Part shown: piece after piece, positions 51,184 to 59,522 of the stretch
Layout: each line of letters starts with the position of its first letter
How positions within the stretch are numbered: position 1 is the first letter of the stretch
Source of the DNA: an uncultured delta proteobacterium
GTDB lineage: Bacteria; Myxococcota_A; Polyangia; Polyangiales; Polyangiaceae
Length of the DNA stretch: 64,000 nt
Assembly: GCA_963696385.1 (NCBI GenBank)
Contig: CAVOKF010000003.1
Location: 256,001 to 320,000, forward strand
Direction: 5' to 3'
Translations under genes and position numbers: made by a program
The notes under the pieces: generated by a model
What the model was told of the DNA's origin: nothing
What the model saw: only the letters and a program-made list of their open reading frames with translations
Databases searched by the model: none

Positions 51184-52119
51184 TCATTTCACCCCGTTGT
51201 GGCGAATGTCTGCTTTACCTCTCTTTTGCCGCATCGAGACGTCTCCCGGCGGGTCGTCGCCTTGCCAGTGAATGCACACCGATCGCACGCCGCACCCTTT
51301 GCACATTCGAGCATCACGACGCGACGGGCACCGCCGCAGCATGCCGAGATGGCAAAGAGAGAAGTCGTACTTCGTGGGATCGGCGGAATCGAATCGTGCC
51401 AAGGCGCGGGTGATTTCCTCGGTCGTTTGCCAGGAAGGCACGCGGCGGCGCGTCAGGCCAAGGTTGAGCGCCAGCTTGTGGACGTGGACATCGACCGGAA
51501 CGAGAAGAACCGCCGGGTCGACCTTCCAGAGCCCCAGATCGATGCCGTCCGCGGGCCGGCCCATCCAGCGCAAGAGCAACAGCAAGCGCTTGCACCCGCT
51601 CGATCCCCGGGCATCCGGGAGCACATGGGCCGGACCGCGGCGTACAGCACTCCGACCGAGACCGCCTCTGGCTCGAATCGCGTCGCACCAGCCAGCCAGA
51701 GCGCTGCGGAGATCGGCGGACTCGCGTAACTGCCGCTCGAAGCACGCACCGAGCGACCCGAACTCCCGTTGAACGGATCGCGCCCCAGCGAGAAGCCGGG
51801 CGATATCGTCCCCGACGAAGACTCGATGCTTCCAGCCGTGGAGTAAAACGCGCAGCAAGTCCGGAGTGTCGGCTCGGCGAGCCGGATGAGGGCCGAGGCG
51901 ATCCAGCAAGTCCTCCAGCTTTGCCCGGATCGACTTCACGTTCCCGAATGCGATGCACGATGCCGCAAGCGCAACGATCTCCCGGTCGTGGACGTCTGCA
52001 TAGCGGTGTACGACGGCGACCGGATCTTGCGGCAACCGCGCCGTGACGTCGCACCCGTCCCGAACTGCGTCGAGAGCTCGTTTGACCGAGCGTTCGCGCG
52101 GGCTCAATCGTCGGTCCAT
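51184..52119 (-). CDS. TIGR02757/DUF2400 family protein (HhH-GPD glycosylase-like) with C-terminal Cys cluster
   Basis: DPV...D.EI.A..A...AFG, KRLLLLLRWM, DLGLW, PVDVHV, DPTKYDFSL. Confidence 0.88.
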   Translation of the reverse strand: MDRRLSPRERSVKRALDAVRDGCDVTARLPQDPVAVVHRYADVHDREIVALAASCIAFGNVKSIRAKLEDLLDRLGPHPARRADTPDLLRVLLHGWKHRVFVGDDIARLLAGARSVQREFGSLGACFERQLRESADLRSALAGWCDAIRARGGLGRSAVRRGPAHVLPDARGSSGCKRLLLLLRWMGRPADGIDLGLWKVDPAVLLVPVDVHVHKLALNLGLTRRRVPSWQTTEEITRALARFDSADPTKYDFSLCHLGMLRRCPSRRDARMCKGCGVRSVCIHWQGDDPPGDVSMRQKRGKADIRHNGVK

Positions 52120-53225
52120 GGCTCTCCGCCCGAGGACCGCCGCATGGGCGGCAATGCCGAGGCTCGCTTCTCGGTGTCCAAGCGCAAACGGCGCACGTGC
52201 TCGCGCCTGGACCGGGCCACGCCGATCCATGGATCGCGTCGCCCCGAAGCCGTCGAGCGAGCCACGTACGAATCCCAATGATGCTCCGCGCGTCGCCAGA
52301 GGCGCGCCGCGTCACGCAAATCGCCGGCTTGTCGCGCCGACGCCGCGTCCCCGAGAGCCAGATACCAATCGCGCTCCCAGTCGGGAACGAAAAACACGTT
52401 TTCCTCATCGCGGATGACGTCCCAACCGGTCACGGTTCGGACCGCCTGAGCGGCGCCCGACCCGCCGACTTCGGACCACGTCCACGATCGGGCCTTGGCC
52501 GCCATGTCGAGGGCCGCGGCGGCGTCCCCCTCGCGGTCGATCGCCAGCGCGACGTCCCAAAGTGTCAGAGCGTAGGTCGAGTTGACTCCGGCCGAATTGG
52601 GGAGCATCTCGCACAGGCGCAGACCTTCGTGAAACGTGACGAGCGCGGCATCGAGGAGTCCGAGACGCATCTGCGCTTCGCCCATATTCATCAGCGGTGC
52701 AACGCGCGCTCGGTCGTCGAGCACACGGGGGACGTAGCGCGTCCAGGTCGCGAGCTCTTCCTTGGGCAAGTCGAGCTTTGCGTACGCATAAGCGAGCGCT
52801 TCGGTTGCCTCGGTCGCGGAAGGACTCTCGCCGCTCTGGTCCAACGTCGGCGCCAGAATGTCGATTACTTTCTGTTGTAGGTCGTTGCGCTTCGCGAGGG
52901 TCGCCAGCTGTTCGTACACAGTGCCCAGGTCGAAGCGCAAGAGCACGCTCGGGCTGTGAGCGGCGTCCGCCTCCTCGAGCAAGAGACGTGCGGCCTCGAG
53001 TCTCAACTCGTCGTCCTGACGAGTGTCGAGAGTCATCGGATCGTCCGGCGGTGGGGGATGCACGAGACGTTCGACCCGTACGTGGAGCGCCCAACGTTCG
53101 CGCTCCGCCGGATCGCGCGCAATCTCCCAGGGCGACGGAGGCGTATCCGCGCGAGCGATGCCGGCGCCGAAACGCAGAAGGGCGACTCCGAACGCCGCGC
53201 CGAGGACTGCCATCGAACGCGTCAT
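52104..53225 (-). CDS. Exported TPR protein
   Basis: Signal peptide ending ARA-D; helical TPR-like repeats. Confidence 0.7.
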   Translation of the reverse strand: MTRSMAVLGAAFGVALLRFGAGIARADTPPSPWEIARDPAERERWALHVRVERLVHPPPPDDPMTLDTRQDDELRLEAARLLLEEADAAHSPSVLLRFDLGTVYEQLATLAKRNDLQQKVIDILAPTLDQSGESPSATEATEALAYAYAKLDLPKEELATWTRYVPRVLDDRARVAPLMNMGEAQMRLGLLDAALVTFHEGLRLCEMLPNSAGVNSTYALTLWDVALAIDREGDAAAALDMAAKARSWTWSEVGGSGAAQAVRTVTGWDVIRDEENVFFVPDWERDWYLALGDAASARQAGDLRDAARLWRRAEHHWDSYVARSTASGRRDPWIGVARSRREHVRRLRLDTEKRASALPPMRRSSGGEPWTDD

Positions 53226-54196
53226 GGCCGCCCTCGCTCTGGCGCCCGGCGCGCCGATCGCTCCCCGCGCAACGCAGCTACGTGCGCTCGAGCGTGTTCA
53301 ACCCAAGGACCTGTCGGGGCCCCCGCAATGTAGTCTTGCCACACAGCGAGCGCCGCTCGAGGGTCCTTCGCTTCGAGACCCAGGGCAAGCATGGCCCGGC
53401 CTTCGTTCGGCGCAACTGCGAGCAGTTCCCTTGCGGCCCCAAGCGCCAGGGCGCTCCGTGGCTCACGCCGAACGCGGTCGGCGAGAAGTGCGCGTGCCTC
53501 CTCCGGCTGCGCGCGCCGATCGAGCGCGAGCGCCAGGCCGAGAGCTGCAACGGCCTCGGTTTCGTCCTGCGCGACGCGAAGCGATTCCTCAAGCGCCCCG
53601 ATCGCGGCGTCGAGCGCGGAGGGCCCTCGCCCCAACGCGACGAGCCCAGCCTCGAGCGTCGCCGCGGATCGCTCCGTTCCGGCCAGCGCCGATGCCAGCG
53701 GAAGCAGCGCTCGATACCCATCCATGGCCCCATCCGCATGACCGGTCCGCGCCTGAACGCGCGCCCATGCCAACAGCGCGAGCGGACTATCGAGCGAACG
53801 CGGATCGCGCTTGCGGGCGTCTTCGAGTGCCTCGAACGCTTCGTCGAACCTGCCGAGCGCCGCCAGCGCGCGCCCTTCCAATGCGCGCGGAGCGGCGTGC
53901 CCGGGCAAAGCGCTGTCTGCGCGCCGGGCCGCCTCGAGCGCAGCAAGCGCCATGGTCGATGAGCCCGCGAGCTTGGAGGAGGCACTCGCGATCCAATCGC
54001 AATACCGGCGGACCTCGGGGGACTTGGCCCGCTCCCACACGTTGCCTGCTGCCGCCAGCGTCCCGACGCACTCGGGAGGACGACCAGCCGACCACCAGGC
54101 CGATTGTGCCAAGACGATCATGACCGCAAACAGCATCGCAAAAAGCGCCATCGGGGCAACAGGGGCGGTAGGAAATCGCGGACCCGCCAAACCCAT
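53222..54196 (-). CDS. Exported TPR protein
   Basis: Hydrophobic N-terminal segment; ALEGRALAALGRFDEAFEAL; start uncertain (54196 or 54151). Confidence 0.7.
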   Translation of the reverse strand: MGLAGPRFPTAPVAPMALFAMLFAVMIVLAQSAWWSAGRPPECVGTLAAAGNVWERAKSPEVRRYCDWIASASSKLAGSSTMALAALEAARRADSALPGHAAPRALEGRALAALGRFDEAFEALEDARKRDPRSLDSPLALLAWARVQARTGHADGAMDGYRALLPLASALAGTERSAATLEAGLVALGRGPSALDAAIGALEESLRVAQDETEAVAALGLALALDRRAQPEEARALLADRVRREPRSALALGAARELLAVAPNEGRAMLALGLEAKDPRAALAVWQDYIAGAPTGPWVEHARAHVAALRGERSARRAPERGRP

Positions 54197-54219
54197 GACG
54201 CGCCGAGAGCGTGGAGACG

Positions 54220-55500
54220 TCAACCCGCAAACGGATCCGCCAAGACGATCGTTTCGTCGCGTCGGGAACCGACACTGACCAACATGATCGGGCAGTCGAT
54301 CTCCCTTTCGATGCGATTGATATATGCGCGCGCGGCATCGGGAAGGGCCCCGATGGAACGCGCCGTTCGGAGGTCGTCCGTCCAACCGGGCAGCGTCTCG
54401 TACACCGGCACGGCGCGGTCCAAGTCGTCGATCGGAAAATCGCGCGTTATACCGTTCGACGTCCGATACGCCACACACACACGCAAGGCGTCCAGCCCGG
54501 TCAGGACATCGAGCTTGGTCAAGGCGATGCCGTCGAGCCCGTTAATGCGCGCGGCGTAGCGGAGAGCCGGAAAGTCCAGCCACCCAGTCCGGCGGGGCCG
54601 GCCGGTCACAGACCCAAACTCGTCGCCGCGATCACGAAGACGCTCGCCGGTCGCGTCTGAGAGTTCGGTCGGAAAGGGTCCGCCGCCAACGCGCGTGCAA
54701 TAGGCCTTGACGAGACCCACGACGAAATCCATCCGCGACGGTCCGACGCCGCTGCCGGTGCATGCGCCGCCCGCCGTGGAGTGCGATGACGTCACGAAGG
54801 GGTATGTTCCGTGGTCGACGTCGAGCAGCGTTCCTTGCGCACCCTCGAAGAGGACTCGCTTGCCGTCCCGAACCGCTTGCTCGACCAGTCTCGATGTCTC
54901 GGCGAGCAGCGGAATGATGCGCGGTGCGAGAGGGCGGATCCGATTCATCACCTCCGGCGTCGTCGGCGGCTCACCGCCAAGCGCGCGAAGCGTCGGCGCC
55001 CATGACCCAAGGGCCCGATCAATCAACGTCTCGGTGAGTGCCAGATCGCGGAAGGCTCCGAGCGGGATCCCGCGCCGCGCCGCCTTGTCTTCGTAGCAAG
55101 GACCGACGCCCCGTTTCGTCGTTCCGAGCGCGTCCGGCCGCTTCTCGCGCAGTTCATCCACCAGGACGTGGTACGGCAAAATGGCGTGGGCGCGGTCGCT
55201 GACCACGAGGGAGGCATCGTGACGCAATAGACCCCTCGTTGCGAGCTCGTCGAGCTCCGTGACCAGGCTACCGGGATCGATGGCCATGCCTTGGGCGAGA
55301 ACGCATGCGGTACGGGGACGCAGGATGCCGCTCGGAACGAGACGAACAACGAGCTTTTGATCGCCCACGACCAGCGTATGGCCCGCATTCGGCCCCCCCG
55401 CGTAGCGCACGACCATGTCCGCGTGTTCCGTGAGAATGTCGACGATTTTTCCCTTCCCCTCGTCGCCCCACTGCGCGCCGACCACGATCACCGCGGTCAT
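54220..55500 (-). CDS. purA: Adenylosuccinate synthetase
   Basis: GAQWGDEGKGK, NAGHT, EGAQGTLLDVDHGTYPFVTSS, TRVGGGPFPTE, TKLDVL. Confidence 0.99.
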   Translation of the reverse strand: MTAVIVVGAQWGDEGKGKIVDILTEHADMVVRYAGGPNAGHTLVVGDQKLVVRLVPSGILRPRTACVLAQGMAIDPGSLVTELDELATRGLLRHDASLVVSDRAHAILPYHVLVDELREKRPDALGTTKRGVGPCYEDKAARRGIPLGAFRDLALTETLIDRALGSWAPTLRALGGEPPTTPEVMNRIRPLAPRIIPLLAETSRLVEQAVRDGKRVLFEGAQGTLLDVDHGTYPFVTSSHSTAGGACTGSGVGPSRMDFVVGLVKAYCTRVGGGPFPTELSDATGERLRDRGDEFGSVTGRPRRTGWLDFPALRYAARINGLDGIALTKLDVLTGLDALRVCVAYRTSNGITRDFPIDDLDRAVPVYETLPGWTDDLRTARSIGALPDAARAYINRIEREIDCPIMLVSVGSRRDETIVLADPFAG

Positions 55501-56720
55501 CGGTCTGCTCTTTCTGCCAACGGGGACGCGATTTTAGCGCCGCTCTTGGTCTCGACCCACTGCGATGCATCGAGGACGTGCGTGAACCCCCATGCCCTCG
55601 CCCAACTCAATGCCGCCACGCGCTCGGGGACAGCAACTGCCTCGATTCCGCGCGACCGCAGATCGAGCAGGGCCTCCAACTCGGGGCCGCCGACCACGAC
55701 GACACGCAATCGCAGCCGGGATTCGATTCCCGCCGCGCGCAACGCTTCCCCGACGCGGTCGAGATCGAGCGCGAAACCCGATGCCGGCAAGTCCCAGCCA
55801 AAGCGCCCCAGCAGCTCGTCGTAGCGCCCACCGGAGCCGATGGCATCGCCCGTGCCGGCGGCGTAGGCGTGAAAAATCGTGCCCGTGTAATACGCGAAGC
55901 CGCGCACCTCGCCGAGGTCCGCGCTGAGGTGCGGCCCGAGGCCCCTGGCGCCGGCCGCATCGAACAACGCGAGCAACCGTTTTGCAGCGGCCGCTGCGGG
56001 AGTTCGGCCTAGACGCGACACCCCATCGGCGAGAGCATCACGCCCTCCGTTCCACCGGGGCAACGCCGAGAGTGCCGCCGCATGAGGAGCGTTGAATCGG
56101 GCGCACATATCGGCCACCTCGGCGGGGTCTTTGCGGGATAGGGCTTCGGATAGCCGGCTTTGTTGTTCCGGCGGCAGCGGAGCGAGCAGCGCTCGAACAA
56201 TCCCTGCGTCGCCGACGTCAATTTGAAACCGCTGCAGGCGGGTCGCGCGCAGCGCTTCGGCGGCCAGCGCGAGTAACTCCAAATCCCCCTCCGGCCCTCC
56301 GACTCCGGCGAGTTCGACACCCACTTGAGGGATCTGCCGGTGCTTGCGCGCGCGCCCGCTGCGCCGGCGAAGGACCGTACCCTCGTAGCCCAGCCTAAAC
56401 GGCAGCGGGCGATCGCGCAACCTCGTCGCAATCATCCGGGCCACCTGCGGCGTCATATCGGGGCGGAGCGCCGCCACTTCGCCGGACTCCGGCTCGACGA
56501 AACGCAGTACGTCCGCCGAAGTCAACGTCCCCAGACCTCGCTCGAGCACTTCGGCGAACTCGAAGACCGGCGGAGTCACCAACGCGTAGCCGTGAAGCGC
56601 GATGCAGTCGAGCACGTCGCGCGCAAGGGTGCGCCGAGCAGCCGCTTCTTCCGGCAGCAGGTCGCGCATCCCGGCCGGGAGCGGGTGCTCGAGAGACCGA
56701 GGCGGCATTTCGACGGACAT
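55497..56720 (-). CDS. hisZ: ATP phosphoribosyltransferase regulatory subunit
   Basis: PAGMRD, LRPDMTPQVAR, QVGVEL, YYTG, GGRYD; hisZ-purA adjacency. Confidence 0.92.
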   Translation of the reverse strand: MSVEMPPRSLEHPLPAGMRDLLPEEAAARRTLARDVLDCIALHGYALVTPPVFEFAEVLERGLGTLTSADVLRFVEPESGEVAALRPDMTPQVARMIATRLRDRPLPFRLGYEGTVLRRRSGRARKHRQIPQVGVELAGVGGPEGDLELLALAAEALRATRLQRFQIDVGDAGIVRALLAPLPPEQQSRLSEALSRKDPAEVADMCARFNAPHAAALSALPRWNGGRDALADGVSRLGRTPAAAAAKRLLALFDAAGARGLGPHLSADLGEVRGFAYYTGTIFHAYAAGTGDAIGSGGRYDELLGRFGWDLPASGFALDLDRVGEALRAAGIESRLRLRVVVVGGPELEALLDLRSRGIEAVAVPERVAALSWARAWGFTHVLDASQWVETKSGAKIASPLAERADR

Positions 56721-56931
56721 ACGCAAACGCGCCGAGACTTTTCACATCGGGACCGCGAGGTCAACGCCTACGCCGCTGCACACGCGCTTTGCACCTGTCG
56801 CCGATCCAACAGTTCCAATGGCTAAATTGTCAATGATTCCAGGCCGGCCGGGCGCGGCATGAGCGTCGCACTAAGCCTGTCGTCCGCCGACATTGGCTGT
56901 CGGCGCACGGCCCCAACCAGGGAAAACAACC

Positions 56932-57531
56932 ATGGCCTTTCTGATCGAACCGTCCACTCTCCAGAGAGCTGCCGCCCGGGAGTCGACTGCTTTATCGACC
57001 CTCGTGACCGCGCTCCGACCCCACATCGAGAAGCAGCTTCTGCGGTATCCCCTCAGCGATGAGGATCGACGAGACCTCGTTCAAGCCACCCTCATCCAAG
57101 TCCTTCGGCGCGTGGGATCGTTCCGCGGTGACTCCAGCTTCTCGACGTGGGTCTTCCGCGTAACGGCGAACGAAGCGTTGATGTTGATGCGATCGCAGCG
57201 CAGGCACAGAGCCCGCTTGGTCGACGGTCTCGACCTGGAGGACGTGGCCAATCTTCCCGCAGCCAACGATCGCTCGGAAGACCCGAGCGCCGACATGAGC
57301 GCCGCGACGAGCGAACGGGATGCTCGCGTTCGAGAAGCACTCGCCGAGCTGCCCGCAGCGTATCGCGACGTCGTCGCCCTTCACTACCACCATGATCTCG
57401 GCCTGCACGAAATCGCGGCACGCCTTTCAACGACCGAAAGTGCGGTGCGATCACGGCTGCATCGCGCGCGCAGTCGGTTGCGCACCATTCTCCAGAGGAG
57501 CTCGACGGGGCTTGAAATCGCGGCGGCCTGA
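56932..57531 (+). CDS. ECF RNA polymerase sigma factor
   Basis: DLVQATLI, FRGDSSFSTWVFRV, L..LP..YR.V, EIA, SRLHRAR. Confidence 0.92.
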   Translation: MAFLIEPSTLQRAAARESTALSTLVTALRPHIEKQLLRYPLSDEDRRDLVQATLIQVLRRVGSFRGDSSFSTWVFRVTANEALMLMRSQRRHRARLVDGLDLEDVANLPAANDRSEDPSADMSAATSERDARVREALAELPAAYRDVVALHYHHDLGLHEIAARLSTTESAVRSRLHRARSRLRTILQRSSTGLEIAAA

Positions 57532-57618
57532 AGACCTCTCGTCCGGCGGACGACCGACGCGGCGACGTGCCGATGACGCCAGGCGCCCGCCTTATGGCCG
57601 GAACGTGCCGGACCGAAT

Positions 57619-58368
57619 TCAGGCGATTCCGTGAAGCACGTATCCAACGAAGAAAGGACCCATGTGATCGATGAATTCGCTCGTTTGGCGGGTCTTTCGC
57701 ATCGCTTGAACGAGGTGCGACAGCGGCTGCAGCTCGCGACCTGCCAGTCCAATCACGAATTCGTTGTCGCCCGCGTCGAGGCCGTGGCACGCGAGTCGAA
57801 CGTCGTGCGCTAGGTCCTGCGCACCGTACGCCATGCCGATCTGTGCATGCTCCCGCAATATCTGAGATTGGTCGTGCGGCTCGAGGCGAGCGAACGCAGC
57901 AACTCGCCGCAACGGATACCAGACGTGCCAACGATGCGCTTCGTTGAGCACGGTGTCCACGGGCCGCCTGAGAAGGCTCCACTCCAAATCCGGCTCGTGT
58001 CCCGTGGCGTACGTGCGGCCAAACATGGCGAAGCCAGCCCGCATCGACGCGCCGGCCAGCGCTCTGTCCGCAAAAAGTGGGCGCACGGTGCGCACGAAAT
58101 GGGCGGGCTCTTCGCTCCAAGTGAGCAGGCCGAGGCCCCGAGGATGGGCGATGTCGGCATAGACCACCGCCGGGATTCGGCGACCCGAGAGCAACGCCGC
58201 CATCCTGGTTCCGACGCTGTCGGCGTCCTGCGTCGTCGGCACGTCGACGACCAGAAGCTGCATGAAAAGGCGACGGTTGGTCGCTTGGCGAACGCCGTCC
58301 CGCTTGCCACCGTACTCGGCCACGTCGATGGCCGGAAGCCCAGGCTGCCTAGCGTCTTCTTGTTCCAT
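57619..58368 (-). CDS. Chlorite dismutase / coproheme decarboxylase (ChdC/HemQ) family protein
   Basis: WYPLRR, ILREHAQIG (proximal His), GLD..EFV, GPFFVG. Confidence 0.85.
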   Translation of the reverse strand: MEQEDARQPGLPAIDVAEYGGKRDGVRQATNRRLFMQLLVVDVPTTQDADSVGTRMAALLSGRRIPAVVYADIAHPRGLGLLTWSEEPAHFVRTVRPLFADRALAGASMRAGFAMFGRTYATGHEPDLEWSLLRRPVDTVLNEAHRWHVWYPLRRVAAFARLEPHDQSQILREHAQIGMAYGAQDLAHDVRLACHGLDAGDNEFVIGLAGRELQPLSHLVQAMRKTRQTSEFIDHMGPFFVGYVLHGIA

Positions 58369-58539
58369 GCGCTTGCAAGCTTAGCGAGTCGGGCACGCGA
58401 CGTCTGCCTGGGAAACTCCTCTTCCGGTCGACCTACGATTTCCCGCGTGCTGCGCGGCCGGTAGCCGCGAGGACCGAGCCGGATCGCCACGCCGAAAATC
58501 TATCACACCCCCACGCCCCTTCGCGCCATGACCAGGCGT

Positions 58540-59352
58540 CTAGCGCGGCTGGACGGACGCGCGCATCCAATCTTCGAGCGACTTCGGCGACCCTTTGGCC
58601 TTCGTTGGCGGACTCACCATCCCAACCTCGGCTGCACGCGCTCGACGCGTCAGTGCGGCCCACGCCTTCGGCCTGGGCGCCTCTTCTCGCGGCTTTGTAG
58701 CAAGCGGACGATTCGCATTTTTGTCGCCCTCGACGGCGTGCGCTTGCGGCATCATGGGCAGATCGTTGACCGCCATCGTGGGGGGCTCCCACGACTTCGG
58801 GCACGAGGATGGTGCGGCGGACTCTAGGGTCGACGACGACGACGGCATCATCGGGACCCGGACCACCAAGGGCGACTGGGAGCGCGCAATCATGTGGCCC
58901 GCAACCACGGCCGCGGCCCCCGTCGTCATCAACCAGGCCAACGCAAACCCCAACACGTCGCCGGCCCGTGATTCCTGGCGCGGGATGGTGCGCGCGATCG
59001 CGACCGGTGCGTTGTTCTGGCTGGCCTGCCAGGGAGCGACCCGAACAGCCCCGGCGCCGGGGCCGGACAAATCTTGAGCGAGGCTCGGTGCCAACGAAAG
59101 GGAAAAACTCCGTCCTGCGTCATCGCGCACGACTGACGGTCCCGTGCCGCGCATCGCGATTTGCGAGCGCGGAACGGGCGCGCTGATCGGAAGCAAGAGC
59201 TGCGGCGTCGGGCGGCGGCGAGACAGGTCGATGACATCGGTTTTCTCGGCCGCAGCGCGCTGGGTCGGCAACGGCGGAGGAGCTCGCCGGACTGGCGCCG
59301 GCTGCACCCTTCGTTCGGCTTGCCCGCTCGCCTTGTTTGCGCTCCGAAGCAT
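58540..59352 (-). CDS. Hypothetical single-pass membrane protein, Pro/Ala-rich
   Basis: GGAG RBS before ATG 59352; TM VLGFALAWLMTTGAAAVVAG; C-terminal SLEDWMRASV. Confidence 0.65.
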   Translation of the reverse strand: MLRSANKASGQAERRVQPAPVRRAPPPLPTQRAAAEKTDVIDLSRRRPTPQLLLPISAPVPRSQIAMRGTGPSVVRDDAGRSFSLSLAPSLAQDLSGPGAGAVRVAPWQASQNNAPVAIARTIPRQESRAGDVLGFALAWLMTTGAAAVVAGHMIARSQSPLVVRVPMMPSSSSTLESAAPSSCPKSWEPPTMAVNDLPMMPQAHAVEGDKNANRPLATKPREEAPRPKAWAALTRRARAAEVGMVSPPTKAKGSPKSLEDWMRASVQPR

Positions 59353-59397
59353 CGTGCCTGTTCTCCGTTCCGGCGACGCGATCATGACACACGTTCG

Positions 59398-59413
59398 CGC
59401 ACACGTCTTGCCA
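59398..59413 (-). promoter_or_regulatory. Putative sigma54 (-24/-12) promoter
   Basis: TGGCAAGACGTGTGCG on the minus strand (GG-N10-GC), 45 bp upstream of ATG 59352. Confidence 0.5.
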
Positions 59414-59522
59414 AAAAACGCCTCCCCCATCCTCGTCGCACGATCTGTGGCTTAAGGGGGCGATCTCATCCCATTTCCGACCCGGGCGCCTACCGGCGCG
59501 TCTGATCGCGGCCCCGCCGTGC

